Assembly (NCBI RefSeq): GCF_001194135.2
Contig: NC_068985.1
Location: forward strand, 280,134-344,133
DNA: 64,000 nt
From: Octopus bimaculoides
Lineage: Eukaryota
Direction: 5' to 3'
Shown: piece by piece, positions 51,324 to 61,843 of the stretch
Layout of the letters: each line of letters starts with the position of its first letter
Position numbering within the stretch: the stretch's first letter is position 1
Position numbers and translations under genes: made by a program
The notes under the pieces: generated by a model
What the model was told of the DNA's origin: nothing
The model's input: only the letters and a program-made list of their open reading frames with translations
The model's database searches: none

Positions 51324-51689
51324 AGCAAGTCACTGAGCATGCGTACATGTCATACGGGAAAGTTCCAATCAGGGGTGGATAACACCTTATAGGAAAGCCC
51401 TATACTATAGAGGAATAAAAATTTAGAGGTCAGAATACAAGCACATAGAATATTTAAAAACACTAAGATATTTAAAAATATATAAAAACATTTATGAATA
51501 CATAGGCATTTAAAATAGATGTCGATATGAAATAGGATATAGTAAATAATAAGTTCATAGGATATGTTACAAGGACTAAAGATTTCAAGTCAGAACACAA
51601 AGCGTGTGGAAAGTAGAAAGTCAGACATTTTTGCAGCCTTAAACGGACATACTAAAATTAGAGACAATGTTCAATGGATTCAAAAGTTT

Positions 51690-51776
51690 CATCGACAGAC
51701 CGTTTCGGAGACGTGTCAGTTAACATGACATGAATTTCATATTTTAAAAGAACCAGACACTCCCCTCATCAGGATG
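51690..51776 (-). ncRNA. Type I hammerhead ribozyme (Penelope pLTR)
   Basis: Minus strand: CATC-CTGATGA-GGGGAGTGTC-(38-nt loop)-GACACGTCTCC-GAAA-CGGTCT-GTC-GATG; intact CUGAUGA/GAAA core, 10-bp stem II with a G-C closing pair, 4-bp stem I, GUC cleavage triplet, minimal stem III. Confidence 0.8.
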
Positions 51777-52839
51777 CCCCGCGACACGAAAGACACCATT
51801 AAGACAATACAAAAAAGGACAACTCACATAATCACGTTCCAATGAGTTTGAAAAAACTTTGACATAGTCATTCCCTTTATATAATAGTTATGCAAATTAA
51901 CCCATTAGAATAAATGAGTATATCCAGTTAAAGGCCTGTGCAAAGTCTCATTCAGACCAGTGCATTATGGTATTTTTATTGTAGTTTTAATACCATTGCA
52001 ATACTTATCCAAAACTAGCCATCCCAAGTTCAATTCATACCAATTACATCCTCGCTAGGTAATATAACATCTACTAGTATTTACTTCATTAATTATTATA
52101 TAATTTTGAATTATATTTTAAATTTTATATTACAAATTTTAGATTTTAAATTATTATTTTATCCTTATTTCAATTTCGTATTACAACTTTTCTTTATTCT
52201 TATTCTTATTTTTAAACTTCCTCAAAAATGTCGAGTTGATCTTATGCATGCAAGCCGGAATTGCATCAGTAAATTTATTCAACATGGCATGATTAAAATC
52301 TTTCAAAATAAAGTATGCCTCCCTGATGCATAATCCACATTTAGTGGATCATCCATTTCTAAATGGAGAGGCATGAGCCAAGATGGACCAAGATAATTTG
52401 AACTCTATACTTCTTTCATGAATGCTGCTAATGTGGTGGATGTCCTATATTTTGGATTCTTAACGCTTTCGTTACTAACCCGGCCGTAGCCGTTCGAGCG
52501 TACCCATTGTTATTTAAATGTATATTTGAACCCAAATCTCGTTAGTACATTCGTTAAAACACCTGATTTCACTTTGTAAACAGCTGAGTTATTGTCTCCC
52601 ACATTGTTTGGCCTGATATTTGAACTCAGTGAATTTTGGAAGATTTCTTTCCACATTTTTTGCGGCGTTGATTTTTTTCAACTTTGAAGATGGAAAGGAG
52701 TTTCATGCTATCAAGCAGTGATTCCGAATTTGAAGGTTTTTCAACAGAAGATATGGAGATATCGAAGAAAAGAATGACTGAGCTACAAAAGCACATGGTG
52801 AACGATAATGAATCGGATATTTCTGTATCCGAAACTGAA

Positions 52840-53454
52840 NNNNNNNNNNNNNNNNNNNNNNNNNNNNNNNNNNNNNNNNNNNNNNNNNNNNNNNNNNNNN
52901 NNNNNNNNNNNNNNNNNNNNNNNNNNNNNNNNNNNNNNNNNNNNNNNNNNNNNNNNNNNNNNNNNNNNNNNNNNNNNNNNNNNNNNNNNNNNNNNNNNNN
53001 NNNNNNNNNNNNNNNNNNNNNNNNNNNNNNNNNNNNNNNNNNNNNNNNNNNNNNNNNNNNNNNNNNNNNNNNNNNNNNNNNNNNNNNNNNNNNNNNNNNN
53101 NNNNNNNNNNNNNNNNNNNNNNNNNNNNNNNNNNNNNNNNNNNNNNNNNNNNNNNNNNNNNNNNNNNNNNNNNNNNNNNNNNNNNNNNNNNNNNNNNNNN
53201 NNNNNNNNNNNNNNNNNNNNNNNNNNNNNNNNNNNNNNNNNNNNNNNNNNNNNNNNNNNNNNNNNNNNNNNNNNNNNNNNNNNNNNNNNNNNNNNNNNNN
53301 NNNNNNNNNNNNNNNNNNNNNNNNNNNNNNNNNNNNNNNNNNNNNNNNNNNNNNNNNNNNNNNNNNNNNNNNNNNNNNNNNNNNNNNNNNNNNNNNNNNN
53401 NNNNNNNNNNNNNNNNNNNNNNNNNNNNNNNNNNNNNNNNNNNNNNNNNNNNNN
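52840..53454. other. Assembly gap (N run)
   Basis: Run of N. Confidence 1.
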
Positions 53455-53725
53455 GACACGTGTACCCTTAACGTAGTTCTCGAGGGTATTCAGTGTGACA
53501 AGGCTGACCCTTTGAATTACAGGTACAACAGAAACAGGAAGTAAGAGTGAGAAAAAGTTGTGGTGAAAGAGTACAGCAGGGTTCGTCACAATCCCCTGCC
53601 AGAGCCTCGTGGAGCTTTAGGTGTTTTCGCTCAATAAACACTCACAACGCCCGGTCTGGGAATCGAAACCGCGATCCTATGACCGCGAGTCCGCTGCCCT
53701 AACCACTGGGCCATTGCGCCTCCAC
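53455..53725 (-). mobile_element. Young tRNA-derived SINE inserted in the piggyBac
   Basis: Minus head GGAGGCGCAATGGCCCAGTGGTTAGGGCAGCGGACTCGCGGTCATAGGATCGCGGTTTCGATTCCC with A box TGGCCCAGTGG and B-box-like GTTTCGATTCC; CpGs are retained. Confidence 0.85.
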
Positions 53726-54416
53726 AGGTGTTTAATGAGACTAGTCTAAATTCATGATTATTTTAGAATTTAATTGAAACTAATGAGGGGTATATTTTGG
53801 TCAGAAATATAGTAACGAAAGGGTTAAAGAAACTAAGGTGGCTTCTATACCTTTGCTTGAAATCCAGTGAGCTACCGATATATATTCTCCTTTGGTCATT
53901 ATGGATTCGTATGTTACATTTATAGATTACATTATTCTGGCAACAATTTCCACTAATCGGACATTTTAAAGGGTCCCTACAATTACACTTATCTCGTCCT
54001 TTTTTGGGGTTTACTGGTAGCATTCCTTGTCTTACCACTTTCTAAGTGGTTGTATTATGACCTCTAAATTTTTATTCCTCTATAGTATATCGTATGAACT
54101 TATAATTCACTATGTTTTATATGATATCGACGTTTTTATATCTTATTATGTGTATATTTTGTACTTATTTTACTTAAAAATTTAAAAAAATGTCTATGTA
54201 TTTATAAATGTTTTAAAATATTTTTAGATATTTGCGGGCTTATAAAAATATGTATATGTCTACATGCTTGGATGTTATTAATACTTCTCTTAAGTTGAGC
54301 TTTAGGTCGCTTTATTAATGTCGAAGTAAGTGTGCATATATATTGAATATTCTGCTGGATAATAGGTCATATTCCTCTAGTTTTCCACTCAATTGCCTCC
54401 ACTCAAATTATATATA

Positions 54417-54985
54417 TATCATCATCATCATCATCGTTTAACGTCCGCTTTCCATGCTAGCATGGGTTGGACGATTTGACTGAGGACTGGCGAACCAGAT
54501 GGCTACATCAGGCTCCAATCTGATTTGGCAGAGTTTCTACAGCTGGATGCCCTTCCTAACGCCAACCACTCCGAGAGTGTAGTGGGTGCTTTTACGTGCC
54601 ACCAGCACGAAGGCCAGTCAGGCGGTACTGGCTATGACCACGCTCAAAATGGTGTATTTTATGTGCCATCTGCCCAAGAGTCAGTCCAGTGGCACTGGCA
54701 ACGATCTCGCTCGAAAGTCCTTACACATGCTGCGGGCACAAGTGCCATCATGATTTCGCTTGCCCCAACAGGTCTTCGCAAGCTGAGTTTCGTGTCCAAT
54801 GAAGGAGACGACGTTGGCATGGGTGCCAGTCGTCGAATTTAGTTTGATTGCGATTTCACTTGCATCAACAGGTCTTCGCAAGCGGAGTCTAGTGTCCAAT
54901 GAAGGAAAGGTCCACATAAGTGGGCTGGCTACACCACTGGCAAAAGCCTTGGATTTAGGTCTCACTTGGCTTGCTGGGTCTTCTC
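54417..54985 (-). mobile_element. RTE copy: last ORF codons (VREKTQQAK*) plus complete 3' UTR and (GAT)n tail
   Basis: Matches ORF ends at 38455 and 58675 and the terminal motif; duplicated internal module at 54767-54807 and 54866-54906. Confidence 0.88.
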
Positions 54986-56322
54986 ACGCACGCACACACA
55001 CACACATACACACACACACATATAAACATTGCCAGTTTTATAGTACTGACAACGGCCACGCTCAAAAAGGTGTTTCTTATATGCCACCTGCACGGGAACC
55101 AAAGATATATCTATATATATATGTGTATATAACTCATGCACATACACTTCAAAATTTTAACTGCTTAATCTGTTTTTGGGTCACATTGTTTGTAATTGTG
55201 AGGGTTTTATTTGAGGAGTAGAACAGTTGGTTCTACATGTCAGCTGCCATGTGTGGTCGGCTGAAGGGCTAATTGTATGAAACTGTGGTTGGCACATGTA
55301 ATCCTGATTTCTCACATACATCATATTCTATACACATCCAAAATGAAGTTCTATTGAGAGCTTTTATGTTTTGGTTCTGCAAAAAAAAGCAAGAGAACTT
55401 TATGTGTATATACTGTGTTTGTATATATGTATATATATGTATAGATTAACAATTAAAGAGACATGTTTAGTATACACACATGAATGTACACATATACATG
55501 TGAATGTATGTTTGTGTGCATGTGACTGTGGACATGTAAATGTATCTATTCATATGTGAATGTGTGTGTGTGTGTGTGTGTGCAGATGTGTATAGAGAAT
55601 TCCCCTAAAATGTAATCAATTTATTAGATAGAGTAGAAGTTGTCTCTAGGGGGAACAGCCTTAAGTCTGTTACTCTATTAATAGAGAGTGATAGTCTTAG
55701 TCTAATCAGAAAGTATTTGTGATTTGGTTATTTCTTTTCACAGTCTACTAATTCCAACGACTGATAATATCATTTTAAGCTAAACTGTGAGTGCCACGTC
55801 ATGCTTGCACTGTTTATCAGTCAATATTATCAAACTTCTATATTTACGTTATTAACGTGTTCAAACCATTTAAACAAAGCACTTCATCTCATTTATATTT
55901 CATTTGTTATTCTAATGTTTTCCTCTAAACTTTCATATTGCAATTTACCTTTCGTTTGTACAACTTGCTGTTTTATTCTCATTGAATATTTGATTTGTTC
56001 TATGCAAGTCTAACAATAATTTTCATAATATCTACAACGGTGCTAAATCACAAGTATTCACCTCGTCAAGTTGCTGACGACCCAGGAATTAATGTAACAA
56101 CTTCATTCATTCATGTTGTATCCTTCTCTTCTATAGATGCATATAGAACTAGGGTTCTTAAGGTATCATGCTCAAAAGTTAAATTCAAGACGGTCTTAAA
56201 ACACTAGTTGTAGGTTAATCTAGGGACACCTGAGGATATTTAAGTTAGTTAATCATTTATTTTTTCCTCAACGATATCTGTCCCATAAAACAGTTGAGAT
56301 TAACTGAAATTTCATTGAACAT

Positions 56323-56358
<36 letters not shown>

Positions 56359-56639
56359 AATGACCCTAATCCACTGTCAGTATGGGTACGCTCAAAGATT
56401 TGGTAATGTCCAGCACAGTGTTGCTTCCAGTACTTTAATGCTCTGCATTCTTTCATTTGTTACAATGCATACTTCTATGTTACAATATACCAATTCATAT
56501 CCTTAATTTTCCAAACACAGATGTCATCTGAATGCAAATTACACACATAAAAACTGCATTACCTCCATGAACAAAGACTTCTGTAACATCATGAAATGAG
56601 ATATTGGTAATCTAAAACCAGTTACTTCAAAAGCCTAAT

Positions 56640-56960
56640 GATACAATCACTTGCACATAAAAATTCTCCCCCACTGTTAACTGGAAAACATGCAATAAAA
56701 CCCCTCAAAGACATTACAAAAACTCAGGCTATCATTGCTGATCTTTCCTGTGAACCCACATAAGAGAATACTTAACCTCTGATTATCTTCTGAGCTTCTA
56801 CAAATCTCACATAAGATCCACAATCCCATAACGAATGTTGTTCCTACTGTTATACACCTAAACACTCATCAAAATGATTGGCAACGGTCCAAAACAGCCC
56901 AGTCACTTCTTTCTGACTATATTAGTTCTACAAATGACCCTAATCCTCTGAACTGGATTC
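56640..56960 (+). mobile_element. Degenerate CR1/L2-type RT thumb fragment
   Basis: ADLS and LSFYKSHIRSTI resemble ..DLSW and L.LYKS.IRP.LEY motifs; heavily decayed. Confidence 0.4.
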
Positions 56961-58234
56961 TTATCACCTCTAACTCTTTATCCTTTCTATTTGCACACTT
57001 TGGCCAATGAGATGAAAATAAATGTTACTTTTCTCTGAAAATAGAATACTGTATAGAAGTGGATTAGCAAAACTGAAGAAGGAATAAGACATTACAATTC
57101 TTGATTGGAAGTGTTACAAGAATTTTATGTTAGTAAAAATGGAAGATTGTGTTAGAAGGATGTTCTGTAGATGATAAATTTGTATCCAGGATGTGTAGGA
57201 ATCTATCATTCAAGATATAACCAAAATAAAATCAGATCTTAAAAATAATCAAATTCTGAAAAGTATCTGCCAACATCCAAAGCAACTTCAATAAATACTT
57301 GGCATTTTTCTACATCTCAGAAAAGAGCATTTTTTTTTTCACAATCTTCATAGTAGAACAAACAACAGTATTTTGTCTAACAACAAAAGTAAAATTTAGA
57401 AAGTCAACATGCTATCCTTACTAGTCTAAGTAGATGCCAAAGAATCAATTACCAAGATGAAAGGAGATGATAGAGCAGAATATCAAAGAATTATCACAGT
57501 TATAGTCCTCTAAGAGTCTGTAAATTATGGAAAACAGGCTAACAGGCACTCATATATGTGGGGATATTAATCTTATACCATAGCATAGATCCATTCCTGC
57601 TAATTTTACAAACAGGTTTTACACATAAATTAAGTAATTAGGTAAATGATTACCTAAGGCAATCATCATTTGAGGGATCTGTATAGAATGAATGGTGACA
57701 AATCTCTGCTACTGGAAGTAAGCAAATGTCATATCTAGTTTGTAGGTGCTGTGAAAAAGCAAAACTGGAATGAACTTTGAAGGGAATCCATCAAGAGTTA
57801 TGTCCTTCACTCAAAATGCTTGAGTGAAGGGAAACTTCCAGTGAAGTGAAGTTTGGGCAGAGATAGTGTGGAAGATGATATGTGCATAAGGGTAGGTGAA
57901 ACGAGGGGACAGGATGGGCATCCTGTCTTAAACGCATGAGTGGATATGTATATGAGTATGTGTTTTTATATGTAGAGTTGGGTAGAATAAATGCTGTGAT
58001 AAACTCTCAGGCTGTGGTGATAGGAAATACTGTTGTCAGAAGCACTAGCATTTATAATCACGAGCAAAAGGCATAGCAGAAAGTAAGAGATTTGCCAATG
58101 TTCTAAAGCATTAGGATCAGAGGCATGAAGTGTTCTGGATTGCAAAGGAGTGTGTCAGAGAGAATAGAGATGTGATAGGTGAGAAATATGTATAAACGGA
58201 TAATGTTATGCTTGTGTTTAGTGGAGAAAGTTTA

Positions 58235-59775
58235 AAGAGTTACTGCCTCTGTTGGCAACAAAAGGACTCTCTCTCAGAGTGAAAGGTAGATTGTATGATG
58301 CTTGTGTATGAACGGCTATACTTCATGGTAGAGAGACATGGGCTCTGAATGCAGAGGACATGGAAGGAGTATGCTCTACTTGATGTGCAGTATTGATGTG
58401 CATGAACGACAAAGCGTAAATGTGTTGAGAGAAAAGTTTGGCATAAGAGGAATCAAATGCAGCATGCAAGAGAGAAGACTACTTTGGTTTGGACATGTCA
58501 TGCGTATGAATGAAGACAGCTGTATAAAGAAGTGCTGATCACTGAAAGTAGATGGCACCTGTGGAAGAGGGAAACCCAGGAAGACATGGGATGATGTGGT
58601 AAGGACTGATCTCAGGATGTAGGGACACATGGAGGAAATGACTCTGGACCAAGATGTCTGGTGATATAAGGTTCTAGAAAAGACCCACCCACGTCAGCAA
58701 ACCTGAGTTCTAGAAGCATTGTGTCCCTCCCACACGTAACAATAAAACTTTCACACACCCTACCTCCAACAAACCAAACTACATCCCCCCTTCCCAAACT
58801 GTTTCTCTTCTCTTCCTCACACTTCCTCTTCATACTCTATGATTATCTCCCACTCCCCAATCCAAACCTCACTACCTTGGTCACTGTATCACTGCTTCCC
58901 CCATCCCCTCCTCCTCTACATACCCAGATTCTCACCAGTCATAGCATTCCCCACTCTCATTCCTGGCTCATGAATCCTTGGCGACACCCTTCCAGCACCT
59001 GCCACCATTCATCTCTCTTGTCCTTACTCTACTACTATCCCATCTATGTCCTGATCCCTGTTCCTTGTGAGAATACCCTGGCACTCTCCTATTCTTGCTG
59101 TCTCTGACTCTCTCTCTCTCTCTCTTTCCTCTCCCCTTTGGCTGAGTAAGTCATGAATCTCCTCTACAGCAACAAACCTCTTTCAGCCCTCATTCTTGAT
59201 CACTCTCTCTCTCCTTCCCTTGCTCTTATCTTTGGCTAGGTGACCATGCATTTCCTTTACAGCAACACACTTCATTCTTGCTAACTTTTGCTCTCCTGCT
59301 CTTTCTCTTCCTCTCTTTCTCCCCCTCTCTCTGACTGGGTAACCATGGACCTCCTCTGCAGCAAGCCATCTGTTTCCACCTCTCTGCCACACTCTGATCT
59401 TTCACCATCTGACACAAGATCCCCTCCTCCAATGCCCCCTCCGCTCTCAAAGTTTCCTTGTCTTGTAAAGTTACTTGGTGACTGCCAGTGCTGGTGCCAC
59501 ATAAAAGGCATCCAGTCTACACTGTGAAGTGGTTGGCATTTGGAAGGGCATCCAGCTGTAAAAACCATGCCAAAACTGACCTCACCTGTGCTTGTGCCAC
59601 ATAAAAATCACTCAGCCCACTCTACAGAGTGGTTGGTGTTATAAAGGGCATCCAGCCATAAAAACCCTGCCAAAACAGACACAAAAGCATGGCACAGGTT
59701 CCTGCCAGACTAGCTCCTGTCAAACCATCCAACCCATGCCAGCTTGGAAGGAGGATGTAAAATGATGATGATGAT
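58235..59775 (+). mobile_element. RTE LINE (ORF2 C-terminus plus about 1.1-kb pyrimidine-rich 3' UTR and (GAT)n tail)
   Basis: LRVKGRLYDACV...VLREKFGIRGIKCSMQERRLLWFGHVMRMNEDSCIKKC...GKPRKTWDDVV. Confidence 0.88.
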
Positions 59776-61134
59776 GCTGTAACCATAGGTAACCAATCAC
59801 ATGTGTTCAAGTGAAGAGAATTCTTTAATATAGTTCTTTTTTCTGCCAAGCAAAGCCTGCAGGTATTGGAAGACTCCTATGGCATCTAGGAATACGATTG
59901 TTCATATCATTGAAATGACGAAGACCATAATATTTCTCAAAAGAGTGAGCATAACAGGGAATGTACAAAGAACCCATCGTCAGCTGGTCAACTGGAAATC
60001 ATTGTGGTTTCAATACCATGCAGCATTATGTAACCCAACAATGGTAACAATATAAAAAATAAATACTGCTTGCAAATTACTAGAAATAATAAAAACAAAC
60101 ATGTAATAGAAAAATGTTCTCATATGTCATGATAATTTGTAGCAGAGAAAGTCATCATAGATAAAGAACCAGTAACAAAAAAAGTCATTAGAACCCAATG
60201 CTCGTTATGCTTTATTAATGACTTTTAAGCAGACAGTACACTAATGAAACATCAAATTAATGATAAAATGCAAAATATTAAAATTATGATCAATGCAAAG
60301 AAAATTCTACTAATAATAATTACACCATCCAACTAACACAAGTGCTGTCCACAACAGCTGACCTGTCACAGTTCAAAGACTAAATAGAGCTAAAATGGAA
60401 GTATAAGTGGTGACAAACACCAAGGAAAACAAACAGGTCAGCTATTAATTGCTCTGAACACAGAGAAATTTCCACTTCTATCATATATTCCACATACAGA
60501 ATGCAGTCAGGCAATAATCATCCAATTAATGGTTTAATTAGAGTAATATATGCTACATGGAGCTTAAAATACTTAAATTGTAGATATGAAATAATCCCAT
60601 AATTTTTTCAATAATTTATTAAAATGTTTTCATAAGTAAGAAGTAAAGTTTTTTGATTAATAATTTATTTGTAGAACCACATCCAATTATATGCTTCATC
60701 AATAGTCAAATTTAATCAATAAACAAATCAACAACATTTAGTATTTGCCAGTATCAAATAACTGGAACTGGAAAACACATTATATCCTATTCTTACTGGT
60801 ATGCAGCAGCTCAACGTATATGGTACTTCTGCTACTTGAAATAAAACTATTGCTTATAATATTAGTTACAATATTATCATTGCTACTTAGCACTGTAACA
60901 CACACACACATAAATACAAATAGTACACATAAATAGTATCAGCATTTGCTAGAAATGAGAGTCAAAAAACGACTTGAACAGCCACACACAGCACTAACCT
61001 CATGATATTGATGGAATATGAGCGAGCAAGCTGAAGCACCTTTCTATGGTGAGGTAAACTCACAAAATGAAGTAAACAGATGTATCCTTATCCTGTGATT
61101 TCAAACTCTGATCATTATAATCTTATTTCTCACC

Positions 61135-61693
61135 CTTCATTCATTGGACAATGAACTTTGCTTGCAAAGACCTATTGAGGCAAGTGTAAACAAATCAAAA
61201 TCGCTGATGTGGCCAATGACAGTACCACGTGGTTGGCACTCATGCCAGTGGAATGTTAAAAGAACATCTGAGTGTGACTGTTGCCAGGGCCATGGATTGG
61301 GTCCTGTGCCAGTGACACGTGAAAAGCACCATTCAAGCGTGATCATTGCCATCATCGCCTTACCGGTACATGTGCCGGTGGCACGTGAAAAACAACATTC
61401 GAGCGTGGTCGTTGCCAGCGCCGGCAGACTGGCTCCTGTACAGGTAGCATGTAAAAACACCTTTTGAGCGTGGTCATTGCCAGAACCATCTGACTGGCCC
61501 TTGTGCCAATAGCACATAAAAAGCACCCACTACACTCTCAGAGTGATGGTGTTAGGAAGGGCATCCAGCTGTAGAAACATTGCCAGATCAGACTGGAGCC
61601 TGGTGCAGCCTCCTGGCTTGCCAGTCCTCAGTCAAACCGTCCAACCCATGCCAGCATGGAAAGCAGATGTTAAACGACGATGATGATGATGAT

Positions 61694-61697
<4 letters not shown>
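61135..61697 (+). mobile_element. RTE 3' UTR copy with four to five internal tandem units
   Basis: Repeated gccag...ctggctcc/gtgcc.gtg.cacgt.aaaagcacc.ttcgagcgtggtc units, then the terminal motif. Confidence 0.85.
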
Positions 61698-61728
<31 letters not shown>

Positions 61729-61801
61729 AAGAAGCAATTCCTTCAAAGGGATGTACATTTTTAGATTGTCAATTGCATTTCTCTATTTCATTTAATATTT
61801 G

Positions 61802-61843
<42 letters not shown>

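Larger units (their letters stand above)
50718..51401 (+). mobile_element. Internally deleted TIR DNA transposon, ISL2EU-like, with probable AT target duplication
   Basis: TIRs AGGGATTTCCTATAAG and AGGGCTTTCCTATAAG (15/16); the empty-site sequence cgatatactatag is present in the second pLTR copy at about 54081-54093; carries SAP and SWIM-like coding fragments. Confidence 0.7.
52464..53823 (+). mobile_element. piggyBac derivative (non-autonomous), TTAA TSD
   Basis: TTAA at 52460-52463 and 53824-53827; 13-bp TIRs cgctttcgttact and (reverse complement) ccctttcgttact; ORF start MERSFMLSSSDSEFEGFSTED... is an acidic N-terminus like piggyBac transposases. Confidence 0.88.
50640..54330 (-). mobile_element. 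Penelope-like element (GIY-YIG C-terminus, 3' pLTR, inverted pLTR copy at the 5' side), interrupted by nested insertions
   Basis: KCNCRDPLKCPISGNCCQNNVIYKC...IYIGSSLDFKQRYRSHLS (53824-54040) continues after the piggyBac into FKNPKYRTSTTLAAF / LSWSILAHASPF...KCGLCIREAYFIL...MLNKFT...ACMHK (52170-52463); hammerhead in the downstream UTR. Confidence 0.9.

Noticed and set aside
53650-53725. Functional tRNA gene
   Set aside because: It is the head of a SINE; no complete cloverleaf, and followed by SINE body
54795-54850. CCAATGAAG...GACGAC/GTCGTC...GAAT resembling a hammerhead
   Set aside because: Core positions U4 and G5 and the GAAA are not conserved
56000-56200. Minus frame with three in-frame TGA codons, suggesting a TGA=Trp code or a NUMT
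   Set aside because: TAG and TAA also occur in that frame, the TGAs are antisense to Ser TCA codons of the open plus frame, and no mitochondrial protein is recognisable
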